DNA of 63,609 nucleotides, filler included, from Licmophora abbreviata (GCA_900291995.1; 10 parts of 10 records of this genome joined end to end with filler, not necessarily neighbours in it); one strand, 5' to 3'; shown: positions 11,279 through 24,400, counted from the whole stretch's first letter. Translations and numbers: made by a program. Notes: generated from the letters alone by a model not told the origin.

Positions 11279-12565
11279 CTAGATAGCCTCCGGCTTGAGG
11301 GACATTTCTCCTGTCCAAGAAGTTCCGCCGTCGAGAGAGATGGGGTCAAACTATAGAAACACAATCGACACATGGTTGAGCCGACGATTGCAAAACATCC
11401 CTTCTAACGCGAGCGTCCATGCAACACTAATGTCTTCTCACCTTGACACTCTCGACACAAACAAAGTTGTTAAAGCCCATTCCTTCGTCGCCGTATGGGT
11501 TCCAGAGGACTGTGTCCTCCCACCCTGCAGTGTTCAGCACCGACAGCTGTGTTTCGAAAAGTGAACAGCAACGAACGAAGAGTGTTAGCCCCTCAGTCAC
11601 GACGACAGCATCTGTACTGAGCTAAACTCACCTTCTTTCCAGTACCCGAATCAACCAAAGCAGGATCATTCACTCCCTTGTACACGCGATCGTACTCTTC
11701 TGAAATAGTAATGGCACTACGCTCCTCGGTTTGCATCTCACCCTCGTCGCCAACCATCTTGTTCAAGAACTCCTTTCCTTCAAACGATCCCGTAATTTCC
11801 AAGTTGTCGAGAGACGATACGGTAAAGTAGGAATGCAGTGCTGCCTGAAAGTCAAAGGATTCCTCACCCTTGTTCTCTACGGCCATCTTGGTATCGAGCT
11901 GATCGGCCTCGAGGCTGACAGTAAAGGTGCAGAGGAACTCCTTATCCCACATTTCCTTGGTATAATCGGAGGGGGCAAGTTCGAGCTCAACAGAGGTATC
12001 CGTCATCGATTTAACGGACCAGTCGACGTTGCGGGCGAATCCGTGCTGTTGGATTTCGCCGGGTCCAAACTAACGGATGCGACGAGCGAACGATGGCACG
12101 GTGAGTATTCCGACAAACGTCGACCAAACCCCTCACAACGAGGGAAATACAACTCACTTGAGGCCAGCAATGGCTCAGTCCACCACTGATAGGCTTTGAT
12201 CCATCCATTTTCGCATCAGGTCGGACTGCAATGTATTCCACGCCATCTCCGTCCTTGTAGCTGGTGACATCGCCACCAAACAGGTACACTTCCGACGACG
12301 CTCCCGTATCCGGGTGCACCAGCCGGACAAACTCAAGTCCTTCGTCGTTCTTCAAAAGACCCGCTTCGACGGGCGTATCCTCAACAACGGCACCCCGCGA
12401 TTCCGCCCAACGGGAACGACTCGCAATCTTTTGCTTGTTACGACTGGCGTTCAACACCCCCGACGCGCGAGCCGACGAGAATGCTGGACGACCGACCGAA
12501 AAGGCAGAGGTTGCTGCCGCCAAGGCAGCGAGCACGGTCAGAGCTAGCTTCATTGAAAATCTCAT
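11279..12565 (-). CDS. Aldose 1-epimerase family (glucose-6-phosphate 1-epimerase-like), plastid-targeted, 4 exons
   Basis: Presequence MKLALTVLAALAAATSAF. Motifs KPISGGLSHCWPQFG, QHGFARN, FQAALHSYF, DTVLWNP, FVCVES. Introns at ~12072-12157, 11547-11631 and 11351-11441. Confidence 0.88.
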
Positions 12566-13021
12566 TCGTGAGGTCTGTTGACTGTAATTGCCTCTCTTGC
12601 GATGCAATGATGTAGAGGTTGCGGGATGACGATGATGGGATGAACGGTGGATATGGCCATCACTTTGGATTTTCTTCGACTGACGTTTTGAAAAAGATTC
12701 TTGTGCGTGAGTTTTGTATAGGAAACGCCGTAGCGAGACATACCACCGACAGCGTCCGTACTTCACACGCGCGAAGATGTTTCTTTGGCGGACGCCGGAC
12801 GTACCGGATTTGCAGATGTTGAATGTGAGTGACCGGCGGGCGCGTCGCCGCCGCGAGCTTGACGATGGCGCGGCGGCTCGTCGATTCACTCATGGCGAAG
12901 CGTCCACCCTACCACTCGTTTCCACGGTATATCTCTGATCCTGGCCTAGGGAAACGGATCAGTTCTGCCCCCGTCTCATTGTATAGTCCGTCCTATCGTT
13001 ACCATCCAAGAGGAAGAGAAC

Positions 13022-13639
13022 ATGACGGACGTCGAATCATCCCGGCCGCTGGCCGGTGTCAGCAATCCTTACGCAACATCAGGTCCACCGCTGCTTCCCG
13101 CACGCCATCCCTTCAACATATTGAAGCGAAGCGGTATCATAGGGGTATGTTTGTATATGCTGCACGAATGGGAAGTCTATCACACTGTACTGAGATCGCC
13201 CGACGTGCGGCACGAGTGGTTCCAGGTCGGTCTTGCCACCAGCGTTGGTAAGTCGTGGTTTGGTGCTGAATTGACGTTGACAAAGATGATAAAGTGATTC
13301 ATGCTTGCCTAAGTCGTCATTCTTATCCTCGTCGTCACAGCGATCCTGGCAGTCAAGGCATACGTTGAGCTGTACATGGGCAGAGTGAAAAAGGTCCGAG
13401 TCGACTATAAGAACTTTCCGCAAAGCACACATGCTACTATATTTCTCCTTTTACTGGCATCCGTTAGTTTCAACGCTGCCTTGTGGCCGATTTACAAGCT
13501 GAAGACGCTCCTGATCATGACAATGATTGGGTTCGGTGTCTTGTTACAGTTTGCCTTGTTGGTTCCGAGCTACGTGCAAAATGCGGTCGGGTTCGTACTG
13601 TTGACGTTCTTTCTACAAGAGTATTCTGCGCTGATGTGA
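13022..13639 (+). CDS. TMEM128-like small multi-pass membrane protein, 2 exons
   Basis: GT-AG intron at ~13248-13340 joins two ORFs. Four hydrophobic segments; FNAALWPIY resembles TMEM128 FNIALWHVW. Confidence 0.6.
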
Positions 13640-13834
13640 TTGAGTTATAGAACTGTGACTCTTGTCTTGTAAGAACACGGAGACGAAAATGGTGATACGC
13701 AAAGGACGAATAGTCTGTCCAAGTCAATTCTGGTCGTACTTTAGTTCTTCGTTGCGTGTTACAGCTGTTCCCGTGTACGCAGCTGGCTATCTAAGGGGGA
13801 CAAAAGTAGAGGTGAATGAGTTTACTCTGTGCAT

Positions 13835-14985
13835 TCAAGGACTCATGAGAAGCTTTCGGTGATTGGGTTTGCCCGCGAACCAGCCAAACACGTTGTTGAA
13901 GCAAACATGCTGAGGGGACGCCCCTTCCTTGCGATAGACCGAGTTCGGGGTAGTACTTGCCGGCTTGATGTTGGAAGGAGATGCAATCGCATCCATCTCC
14001 TTTTCAGTGAGTTCTTCTTCAGTCTCGTTTTCATCGAAGGAAAAAGTCGCTGCTGCCAGGGAGGGAAGCACTTGGTCAACCACCGTTGGCTCGGTGATGA
14101 TCAATTTGGCATCATCATTGGCTGTTCCCATCTTCTCGTGCTGCGCGACAACAGTGCCCCCTTCCTTCCGGAGAGACACCAATGCATATTTCTTCTGGTT
14201 TGACTTGCGCGCAATGTACACATTTGGGATGGACTCGACGAGGTCAGCCAAGGATGGGAATCCAAAGTGCTCGTGCTCTAGCCTCTGTTGATAGGTCCGT
14301 TCGTACACGGTACCAAGGTTGCGGAGACGAATTCCACGGCTCTTGTCGCCCAGCAACTCGACAAGATTGGCCTTAAGCGTGTCGAGCGAGACCGCACTAC
14401 GAGGTGCCAAGCATGCTTCAAGAGTAAGATGAGCACGTCCACTACGAATGACAATGTCGTCCATGTCATTCAGAAACTCGGTCAGCTTCTTCGGCTTGTA
14501 TTCCAAAGTTTCCTGATGATGGTATTGGTACAATGCCGTCAAGACACCAAGACGAACCCCCTGGTGATATTTGGAAAGCAGCTCGATAATCATGAAGTTG
14601 GTTCGTCCAAGGGGGGTGACTGGAGACGATACAAAGCCGTGCGTCGGAACAATCAAACCGGTGTCGTCATGAAGCGTAAGCTCCTCGATGCTACACACAA
14701 GGCTTTTCAGGGTATGAAATCCAAGAGCCTTGAAGTCGAGCGACTGGTCATGGAAGTAACGGTAATTAGATTGCAGGTACTAAATGATGGCAATACGATT
14801 AGAAGACGTAGTGAGCGATGAGTGGATGCACTGGACGGATATGCTTCCACTGCACTGTCGTGATTGTTATGGCAACTCACATGGAGATACATCTTGTGAG
14901 GATGATACGACTGAACGAGAGCCAGGACATTCGATTGAACCCTAGCAAGATCTGATGCATGAGATGCGTCAATGGAAATACCCAT
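13835..14985 (-). CDS. Protein with three tandem LOTUS/OST-HTH domains, 2 exons
   Basis: Repeats: YLQSNYRYFHDQSLDFKALGFHTLKSLVCSI; GVRLGVLTALYQYHHQETLEY..KLTEFLNDM; GIRLRNLGTVYERTYQQRLEHEHFGFPSLADLVESIP. Intron at 14780-14880. Confidence 0.75.
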
Positions 14986-15302
14986 GGTTGTTGTTTTTGT
15001 TGGTGAACGAGCGGTGCGAATGTGAAATTGTAAGATCTTTTGTGATGTTTGTCGTTGTGTTGGCGAGGAAAAGTGAGCGTGGATTAGCGGGCCGGCAACG
15101 GCCACCATCAGAGAGCACGTTTCGTACTTAGTAATAATGACGTAGGAAGGGAGCGCGAAAGCGGCGCGCAAAAAATGGAAGAAAAACGCCATAACAATAA
15201 ATTCAACACGACAATCATTGATGCAATCATAGACCGTCGACGAACACCGGTTTGTAGTTATTGCAGTCTTTCTGGCACGTTGTTTGACCACTCTGTCCTC
15301 CC

Positions 15303-16805
15303 ATGGTGACAAGACGACGGCAGGGTGGCATTGGATTATTTATTTTGAAGTTCATGCTATATATTCGGTCGATTCGCCCTTGCTGGTTTCCTTGTCACCT
15401 TATATCTGGTAGCACTTCCGCATTACATACGCCATCTGCCTTTCTCATGAGCTCCAAACGGAAACGGTCTGATCTTGCGTGCTCGGCTGGTGACAGTCTC
15501 GTGGTAATAATTAGTGGTTGCACTGGCGTGGGAAAATCTGATGTCGCAGCCCAGCTGTGTCAGCGACTAACAGGAATGGTAGTATCTGCCGACTCGGTAC
15601 AAGCCTACCGAGGTGTTCAGATTGGCGCGAACAAACCGACTATAGCAGAACGGGAACAGACTCCTCATTTGTTGGTCGATATAGTGGACGACACCTCACA
15701 GACCTACAATGCCGCAGAATGGCGTCAGGATGCTCTATTTACCATGGAAAGCTTGTTGCTTCGAAATCAAACTGTCACGCCATCATCAACTCCACGCGAT
15801 AAATCGATTCAAGCAGAAATCAATAAAGCGAGAGCGGCAAAGGGATATACTTCAAATCAACCGATTGTTCCCGTGGTAGTAGGAGGGACAATGATGTACT
15901 TGCAATGGCTGGTTCATGGGCGACCCGATGTGTGCCAACCAACCGACGAAGCCGTACAACGAGCCTACACCAAGATTCAGGAATATCAAGATCAAGATGA
16001 CTGGGAGAGCGCTGTGGATCACGTCGCATCATTTGGACCTACGTTTGTGGCTCGGCTAGAATCCCTCTCGGGTTGTGACTGGTATCGTTTGCGACGTACA
16101 CTGGAGATTGCCTATACGAGCGGGGATGACGCACGTCTCATGGAGAAGCTTTACAGTGGAGAGCGAGAAGGGAGCCTCGAGTCTCTGGGGTACGACGTGC
16201 GATGCTTCTTTCTCTGTCCCAGTGACCGAATGGCGCACACTACAGTTGTCGATCGTCGCTGCGAAGAAATGGTTCGTCGAGGATTGTTGAAAGAGACGAC
16301 CGATTTGGCGTTGGCCGATGAGCTACCTGAAATGGCGAGGCGTGCGATCGGGTACCGACAGACTCTGGAGTACTTGCAGCGACAAGACCCAAGTGAAAAC
16401 GACGCCGAAGCATTTGGCCATTTCTTGAACGAATTCACAACCGCGACAAGACGGTATGCCAAGAAACAAATGCAGTGGTTTCGAAAGGAGGACAAGTTTC
16501 TCTTTGTCCCTGTTACGCTGTCTGAGTCCAAGACCGATCGTGTGTCGGCGTCGACAGACATGATTGAGAAACTGTGCTTGGTGCCACGGGAGACGTATGA
16601 AATGGCATTGATGCCTGTCATGAATGATGGCGAGGTGCCCTTGTCAGAAAAAACCAAGAGAGCCAACGAAGGGCAAGGCAAAGGCATGAAATTTTATCAA
16701 TTGCAAAGATACTTGCTCAGTCCTGGATGCCCCGACTTCGATCGTGCTCTGGTCGAAGCGGACGATTGTACGAGACGTATGACGGCAGCCAAGAAGTCAG
16801 TATAA
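15303..16805 (+). CDS. miaA: tRNA dimethylallyltransferase (IPP transferase)
   Basis: GCTGVGKS P-loop, SADSVQAYRG, IGANKPT, VVGGTMMYL, AIGYRQ, TRRYAKKQMQWF. Start codon uncertain. Confidence 0.92.
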   Translation: MVTRRRQGGIGLFILKFMLYIRSIRPCWFPCHLISGSTSALHTPSAFLMSSKRKRSDLACSAGDSLVVIISGCTGVGKSDVAAQLCQRLTGMVVSADSVQAYRGVQIGANKPTIAEREQTPHLLVDIVDDTSQTYNAAEWRQDALFTMESLLLRNQTVTPSSTPRDKSIQAEINKARAAKGYTSNQPIVPVVVGGTMMYLQWLVHGRPDVCQPTDEAVQRAYTKIQEYQDQDDWESAVDHVASFGPTFVARLESLSGCDWYRLRRTLEIAYTSGDDARLMEKLYSGEREGSLESLGYDVRCFFLCPSDRMAHTTVVDRRCEEMVRRGLLKETTDLALADELPEMARRAIGYRQTLEYLQRQDPSENDAEAFGHFLNEFTTATRRYAKKQMQWFRKEDKFLFVPVTLSESKTDRVSASTDMIEKLCLVPRETYEMALMPVMNDGEVPLSEKTKRANEGQGKGMKFYQLQRYLLSPGCPDFDRALVEADDCTRRMTAAKKSV

Positions 16806-17097
16806 GCTCAAGCACTTGTAGTTCGTCTATCCAGGCATTAGTGCTGAGCTCTAGAGTCGATACAACGAAGGACAATGAGTGAGTCGAGTCGCTTCAAGTC
16901 AGTCCCGCGGTCGTTCTGTGACTTGAAAATAACGTCATCACCTGTGAACCACCCAACATTCGAAAAACCTTTACTTTTTGCTGCACCACGTTGTGCACCA
17001 TGACACAAGATAGTAAATGATATTCGCCGTCGACAGTGAACAGATCTCGTGAGCTTGTGCCTCTTTTGCAATGCTGATACCTACACATGTAAATGAC

Positions 17098-18521
17098 ATG
17101 ACAGCCTGCAGACTTCTGATCGTATCATGCTTGATGTTTGCTTCTTTTCTACATGCATTCACTCCGATCACGCCAGTTTTGTGGGGAGTCGGACAAAGGC
17201 GACATGGGGCTACTCGAGGTGCAGCACCGATGGCCGGCTCATCTGACGATAGTGGCAACATGAATGACATGAGACGATTACTGGAGGCATCATGGAACGC
17301 AGATACGATGGGAAAAGTTCCGTCCACGCCCGAAGGTGCGGCAGAGGAGGCAGGTATGTAGTGTCTCAGGTTCTACGTGTGTAGTCTGCCTGGTAGTAGT
17401 GGTTGTGGCTTAGAGTACCATGGGCTCACAAAACCCTGCATTTCTCTGCATATACACGCACAGCGGCATCACTACAGGGCGCCATCAACAAGGGACAATC
17501 CCTGTTTTATGTCGATCTCTTGCTTCCATCGTACGATATTACGCAGGGTGAACATATGTACGACGAAGTGCTTGCTGTCGAGTTCTGCATTGCGCTCGCC
17601 GCCGCACTCGAGGATCAGACGGCGATTTATGTGCGTGATGAAAAGAGACGGAGCACAGTCAGCAGGATACTATCAGCAAGACAACGGGATCAAGAAGAGT
17701 CCCTCGCAGCGGAGGAAGAACAAGAAGACGATGACAGTGAGCTCGACGAAGGCTTGCCAGAAGAAGCGGTCGAGTTCTACGATGACTTTGTCGACTTTAG
17801 TGGTGATAATGAGAGTACGTTTGCCGTGGAATCCTTGAAAACAGCCGATGTGGACTCTTTTCGCGAACAGCTCGCTGCCAATTGGGACAGCCCGGCGGCA
17901 GAAAAGACGCCGTCGCCAAAGGATTCTGAAAGCACCAATGGGGAGAATATCAGCAGCCCCCTACCCCAAGCAACTCCAGAGTCGTCTCAACACTTGTATC
18001 GACTGGTGAGCATGTTTGGGGACGCAAACATATCGAAAGGAAGCGACATGACGGACAAAGTAGTTGCAGCGCTCAAGGACAACGCAATCCCCAACGAGCA
18101 AGAGGACACGCTCATTATTCTTTCGGCGGTAACACAGGAAGAACACCTTGCGGTCCGAAGCCTAGTTGGGTCGTATAAATCAAGCAAGACTATCATCCTG
18201 GTCAATTGCAAATTGGACCCTGTTCCGCGAGAGCTCATGGGCGCTGAAACAGTTTACAGTATTCTTCCGTTGATAGCAAAGGCGAAGTCGAACGAACGGA
18301 ATCTGTTCCAGAAAGATGAGCCTGAGCAAGACTATCGAGCGCCGCCAAAGATTGTTGTGCTACGGCGATTTCCCAATGACTGGGAAGTCTACGTGGACTC
18401 GAGTGGATCAGGCTTTGAGCTGGCGGGGACAACTCCGGCATTGCCTGCGGCAACGAGGGGTCCGTCAATGGAGTGGATAGCAGGCTGTGTAAAGCGCCAC
18501 TTGGAATCTAAATTAGGGTAG
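17098..18521 (+). CDS. DUF1995-like plastid-targeted protein, 2 exons
   Basis: Signal peptide ending FLHAF, intron at 17354-17463, motifs P..PE.AAEEAA, IILVNCKLD, VVLRRFPNDWEVY. Confidence 0.6.
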
Positions 18522-18913
18522 ACCCAGCTCACAAGGCACCTCCTAGCCCACTTGTCAGCCTAGGCGCGTTAGGTCGACTGGTTGCGCGGTATCACACAGT
18601 CTAACTCAAGCTCGATCCTTCGCCGAAATTGAGTGGATCGCTGTGCGGCAGACGGACGTGATGAGTCACCATATTTCTCTCGCCTGTAGAAAGAAGTTAC
18701 AATCCGGATTCCTTTCTTCAACGAAGATATGGTTAATTGTAGGAATCTGTCCGCCATTCCTTCGAAATCGTCGTCATCGCGGCGCGACGAGAACGAAAGC
18801 TAATCACAATGCATCCTTTGGTGTGTGAGTGAAGCCGAACCTGGACGTCTTCAGCTCGCCGCGTTCTCCTATCTTCGGCGTTCCATCCTCCTGAGTCTAT
18901 CACCGAAAAAACA

Positions 18914-19345
18914 ATGGTGTGGAATCGCATCAAGGACGCAGTCGCTGGAGAGCCGAAATTGCCCGACGGACCAACCCGCCTTCCCGACTATTTCCCCGTC
19001 GAACCGAAAGGCTGCGAGAAACACGCCCAGAAGCTATTTTCGTGCTTGGCTCATGAAGCGACAGAAAAGGCACGTGAAATAGAAAAGGCTGGCTACTACA
19101 AGCCGTACTGGTCAGATGTCGAAGCGAAAAAACCTGACCAACCGCCGCCTCAAGGCGAGGGTCTTCCCAAGCCAGACGACAATCCCCTAGATGAGTGCGC
19201 TACGTTTATTGCTTACTACAAACGGTGTTGCGATCGTGAGCTAAAGAAACGCAAGAACTGGATTTTGACGGAACCATATCGGGTACAAGAAGAATATCGT
19301 TATTCAGAACATGTTGCCAAGGAAAAGACTGAAACGAGTAGCTAG
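18914..19345 (+). CDS. Small twin CX9C protein (putative mitochondrial intermembrane space)
   Basis: 143 aa containing CEKHAQKLFSC and CATFIAYYKRC. Confidence 0.6.
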   Translation: MVWNRIKDAVAGEPKLPDGPTRLPDYFPVEPKGCEKHAQKLFSCLAHEATEKAREIEKAGYYKPYWSDVEAKKPDQPPPQGEGLPKPDDNPLDECATFIAYYKRCCDRELKKRKNWILTEPYRVQEEYRYSEHVAKEKTETSS

Positions 19346-19381
19346 GGTTGTGTCTAGTTACGATTCTTGGGCTTTCCATTT

Positions 19382-20093
19382 CTATTCGTGTTCGAGTGTA
19401 CTCGTCTTCTGCGTGAGTATCCAGCCTAAAACGAGAGCTAAGAGCAGGGGGATAAGCAGGTCCCACACCAAATTGGGTACTGTTGAGACAGCATGTGAGG
19501 TGGATCCCGATCCTTCCGTCGTATGCTCTTGCGCAGGTTGCGGGTTCGCTGGATCTTCGTGTTCGCCGACTGCATTGTCTGTCATGGACGTCTTTACCAA
19601 TTTGCACATGGCCTTGGCAAGTCTGCGATCTGATTTCTTTGCATCTGCTAGCCTTACTATCAGCTCGTTTCGCCATTTCCGCCCTTCTTTGTGCCGAGGA
19701 TATCGCTGTAGCAGCTGATCGACGTCGTTGACTGCCAACTGCCACTTGCTCCTACCAGCCTGCGCTTGGCTTCGTATTAGAAACGCTGTTTGGACAAAGT
19801 GCGGCTCTGTTCCATCATTGCATAAGACGAGAACCAATGAACATGCGAGAACGGCTGACGTCCGATATTGTGCTGGACGTGGTTGAACGTCCATCTCGGC
19901 GAGACGGATCAGGCATCGTGCAAGATTCAACAATATGCGAATTTGCATCGCGTCATCGTCTTGTAAAGCACACAAGATAATCTCCGATAGCTTGACAGTT
20001 TGCTCTTCTTGAGTATGCACGAACGTGACATCTGCTTCTCCGTCGTCTTCCATCAGGCAGTCGACCTCGGCTAGACAAAGCCTCGACTTGGGT
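19382..20093 (-). CDS. TPR-like protein with C-terminal TM anchor, 5' truncated by gap
   Basis: ILLNLARCLIRL and AFLIRSQAQAGRSKWQLAVNDV are TPR-like. Tail LLIPLLLALVLGWIL. Confidence 0.6.
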
Positions 20094-20193
20094 NNNNNNN
20101 NNNNNNNNNNNNNNNNNNNNNNNNNNNNNNNNNNNNNTTAATTAATTAANNNNNNNNNNNNNNNNNNNNNNNNNNNNNNNNNNNNNNNNNNNN
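20094..20193. other. Artificial contig-join spacer (44N-TTAATTAATTAA-44N)
   Basis: The identical 100-nt pattern recurs nine times; TTAATTAATTAA gives stops in all six frames. Confidence 0.97.
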
Positions 20194-20988
20194 ATACTCA
20201 AACCGGTGCTTTTGGAGGTGACCTACCGTCTCGATGGAGTGCTCAAACTGGCCAAGATCGGCGAGAATTGCAAATTTTATCGTCTTGTCCGGTCTCTGTT
20301 GACCGGGAATCGGGGCTGTGCGGAAGGAGCGTATGGCATGCGGATTGGGACAGCTTCCTCGCGAAGGATCGTAGGGATCAAGCTGTCTTCGTCTTCGTAA
20401 GAACTCTTCGTCGTCTTGAGATTCCTCGTATTCGTCTTCGGATTTCCACGATCCCAAGAAATTATTCGGCGAATCACCGTCATGCCACAAGTGCTCTTCT
20501 GGGCGAGAGGAAGCAACTTTCTTCTGTGACCTAAAGGTCTCTACTTCTGAGCCAAGTCTCTGAAGTTCTTCAATTTGCGCCATACTGTCGCGTGCTATAC
20601 ACTGATAGTAGTACTTGGTATTCGGTAGTAGATTCTTGATTAGAACGTGGTGTTGAAATGGAGAGTAGTATATATTCTCCTTCACTCGGGGCAGACTGGC
20701 ATTATACGACAGCGGTAATCCCTTTTCTACAAAAACTTGAGTAAGTTCATTGGGACGAGTGCCGACCAAAACAGCTCCAATGGGAGGAGATTCAGGGTGA
20801 TAAGTGGATTGCTTCGATGAGAAAGAGACGGTCATCGTGGTCGACGAATTTTTACCGACGGCAATGTGAACGTGCCGCACTTGACCCTGGCAATGTCTAC
20901 CGACAATACTCTCTTTGGCCATCGCTGTGGTTAAGAAGCAGAGGCACAGGAGAAAAGCTCCGTACCTCAGATTCAACATCGTCATGTT
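20194..20988 (-). CDS. Purple acid phosphatase, N-terminal part (signal peptide, FN3 domain, start of metallophosphoesterase), 3' truncated
   Basis: VRHVHIAVG..MTVSF, HHVLIKNLLPNTKYYYQC, SFRTAP, KFAILADLGQ. Confidence 0.85.
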
Positions 20989-21412
20989 CATGCTTCTCGT
21001 GTGTTGTGAAGTTGTGATACCCTTCACGCAACGAACTGTTGATTTTGTTGAGGGCCAAAAGATTCATTGGGTATTCGGTCCTAAATATATATGAATATTT
21101 ACTCTTTCCAAATAAACAGAGTATCGGCCAAACTATGGCTAAACTTTTCGAGAAAATGGGGTCCATATGTACAAGAGTCTATTCCGTCCGTCGCAATGGC
21201 CTTCGCGCAATTTTTTCACAAATTGGGAACAGTTCACGTCATACGGACAGGCCCTCCCGCAATCTTTTCATCTCGCTGAAGACAAAAGAAAAGAACACGA
21301 CGCGCGTTCATTCATGGTTGGGTTGGTTGATTGATTGCTGTAAATTTCAAGAGACTTCGACTGAACCTTGAAGCAAGAGCAAAAACCGCACATACATCTT
21401 AGGTTGCGCACC

Positions 21413-24400
21413 ATGGAGAAAGCTTTGCTTCGACTTGAGCAAGAGAGGACACCGCAGCACTGGGAACTGGATCACAAAAAGGTTTCTGTTGCCACAGCCG
21501 CTTTGGCGCAGGCCCTCCGCGAAATCTTGAATTTGCATGATGGGGGCGAAGCAAGTGCCACCACAAAGTCAGTCATTACTGCGGACTGGTTGTTCGAGCT
21601 ATGTCATGCCCATGTGCAATCGGCACTCATGTCGCCCCTTCAACTGGCCCGCTCGATTTGGTCAGCGAGTCAGCTGCAGGACGAAGCTCAGCAACAAGCG
21701 GCATTATTTGACACACTTGGCGAGTCGGGCATGGACCTCTTGTTTTTAGTGCCATCGCAGCTACCCGCGATTTGCCTGATTCCCGAACAGGATTTTACCA
21801 TGCTCGAACAGTCTGGAGAGAGTGCGGGCTTCGCTACGTCGACAACAGCAGTCGACTCGGAGGAGGGATATCGCCAGCGGCTGCTGCAAGAAGCAAGAGA
21901 CGCGGCGCAAGTGGCGGCAATTGCCAAAGCCGAAGTCGAGTCCTTAGAGTTCAGCTCGGCCTCCACAACACACCGGGTGGTGCGCAAGAGCGAGAAAGAA
22001 GCTCAGAAGGCAGCTCAGAAAGCGGCCAAACGGGCGGATGCGGCCAGGAAGGCAGCGATAAATGCCGGGGCAATCGTGGAGAATAGCGAGTTTCTCGCCG
22101 TCGATACATCCACATTTGGGGCCGGAGGGCTCATGGGACAGCCCCAGGAGCAGATCTGGCAATTGCAGCATTCGTTGAAACCGAAGGGGACGCGCGAGTA
22201 TCATGAGCAACAGGGGCTGCCGAAAGGAACAGAGCGAGAGTTCGGCGAAGGATTCGAGAAGGTCACCATCCCGGCACCAGTTCGAGATGAATCAAAACTT
22301 CCAAAGCGACTCCGTATTGTTGACATAATGGACTCCGAATATGCCGCTGCGTTTGCTGGAACCGATTCATTGAACCCCATGCAGAGTGAAGTCTTTCAGG
22401 TTGCTTTTCACCGACGAGACAATATGGTACGTGGTACCAACAATTGCTTGATTAGACCATCCTCGTGTCCGCACTCACCTATCGCAGCTCGTATGCGCCC
22501 CAACGGGAGCGGGCAAAACCAACGTTGCTATGCTTGCTGTCACATCTCATTTTCGGGACGTTGGATTGATCCGTTCGACAAGTCAAACAAGCTTTCTGGA
22601 AACGGGCCAAAAAGTCGTGTACATTGCTCCGATGAAGGCGTTAGCGCAAGAAATCGTGGAGAAGTTCCAGGCAAAGCTAAAACCTATTCGTCTGATTGTA
22701 CGTGAATTGACCGGTGATATGCAGCTCACCCGCGCTGAAGCCGATTCGGCGCACGTCATTGTCACCACTCCGGAAAAGTGGGACGTAGTTACACGCAAGA
22801 GTGGAAATGACGACAATTCACTCGGCAATCAGTGTGGCCTTTTGATCATCGACGAGGTTCACTTGTTGGCAGATGAGCGTGGTGCTGTGATTGAGAGTGT
22901 TGTCGCACGCGTCCACCGACTCGTCGAGAGTCGACAGCGGCAGGTCCGTATCGTTGCTTTGTCGGCGACGCTTCCCAACTACGAGGACGTTGCCATGTTC
23001 TTGCAGGTTCCGTCACGAGGTCTTTTCTTCTTTGGGTCCGAGCATCGACCGGTTCCGCTTCAGCAGCAGTTCATTGGAATTAACGTCCAGACAAGAGACA
23101 GATTCGTTCGGGACAATAAGATGAACGACGTTTGCTATGATGTTGTGGTCGACTCTCTTCGCGCGGGACATCAAGTAATGGTATTCGTGCATTCCCGAAA
23201 GGGGACCGGAGACACAGCGACTGCTCTTGCTGATCGAGCATCCAAAGAAGGCCAACTGGAGAGGCTTTTCGTAACACAAGGCAAAGAGAACTCTGCTGGA
23301 GAGGCAAACAGTCGATACGCTGATCGAGTGCAGAAGTCCAGAAATCGAGAAGTTGGGAATCACTTTCAGAATGGCATGGGGATACATCATGCAGGTATGC
23401 TTCGGGGTGACCGAAAGTTGACGGAGCGAATGTTCGCAGAGGGGGCCATTAATGTTCTTTGCTGTACGGCTACTCTCGCTTGGGGCGTTAACCTACCGGC
23501 TCACACAGTAGTTGTAAAAGGCACAGAAGTCTACAACCCAGAAAAGGGAGGAAACGTCGATCTGAGTATTTTGGATGTCCAGCAGATTTTTGGAAGAGCT
23601 GGGCGACCCGACTTTGTCTCGGATTACGGAGAAGCGACGCTCATAACGACTCACGACGCCCTTGCGCGGTACCTTGACAAGCTGGTTCGGTCTGTTCCGA
23701 TCGAAAGTAATTTCATCAAGCATCTTGCTGACCATCTCAACGCCGAAGTGGTAGGCGGCACAGTCACCAATATACAGGAGGCTGCCACCTGGCTCACGTA
23801 TACCTACCTGCATGTCCGCATGCTACGCAATCCGTTAGCCTACGGGATATCTACTGATCAGAAAGCCGACGACCCTATGCTTCGTGGTCGGAGTAGAGAG
23901 CTGGTACAAGATGCTGCGAAGTTACTGGATTCCAACCAGATGTTAAGATACAGTGTCGAGACGGGAAACCTAGGCGTAACAGATCTCGGACGGGTTGCTG
24001 CTCATTTTTATATCCAAGCTGAAAGTGTTTCAACGTTCAACGAGAAACTAGGAAACTATGAATCCTTGTCAGACGCTGAGCTTTGTCATCTTATTTGCTG
24101 TGCCACTGAGTTTGAGAACGTAAGAATTCGGCAAGAGGAGCTCAACGAAATCGACAGTCTCGCGAAAGCTTGTCCCCTGCCCGTGAAGACTCCCGTGCAC
24201 GATCCTTCGGACAAGAGCTACGTTCTGTTGCAAGCATTCATCTCGCGTACGCGCGTCAAGAGCTTCACGCTCATATCGGACACAAACTACATCGCTTCAA
24301 ATGCTGGGCGTGTCGCGAGGGCCATGTTTGAAATGTGCCTGAAGAGAAACAAGGCCGACCCTGCTTTGAAGCTATTGAGAATAGCGAAGTGCGCTGACAA

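Noticed and set aside
12566..12889. Long N-terminal extension on the epimerase ORF
   Set aside because: The signal peptide and AF motif start at 12565/12553. The upstream in-frame stretch is likely UTR or promoter.
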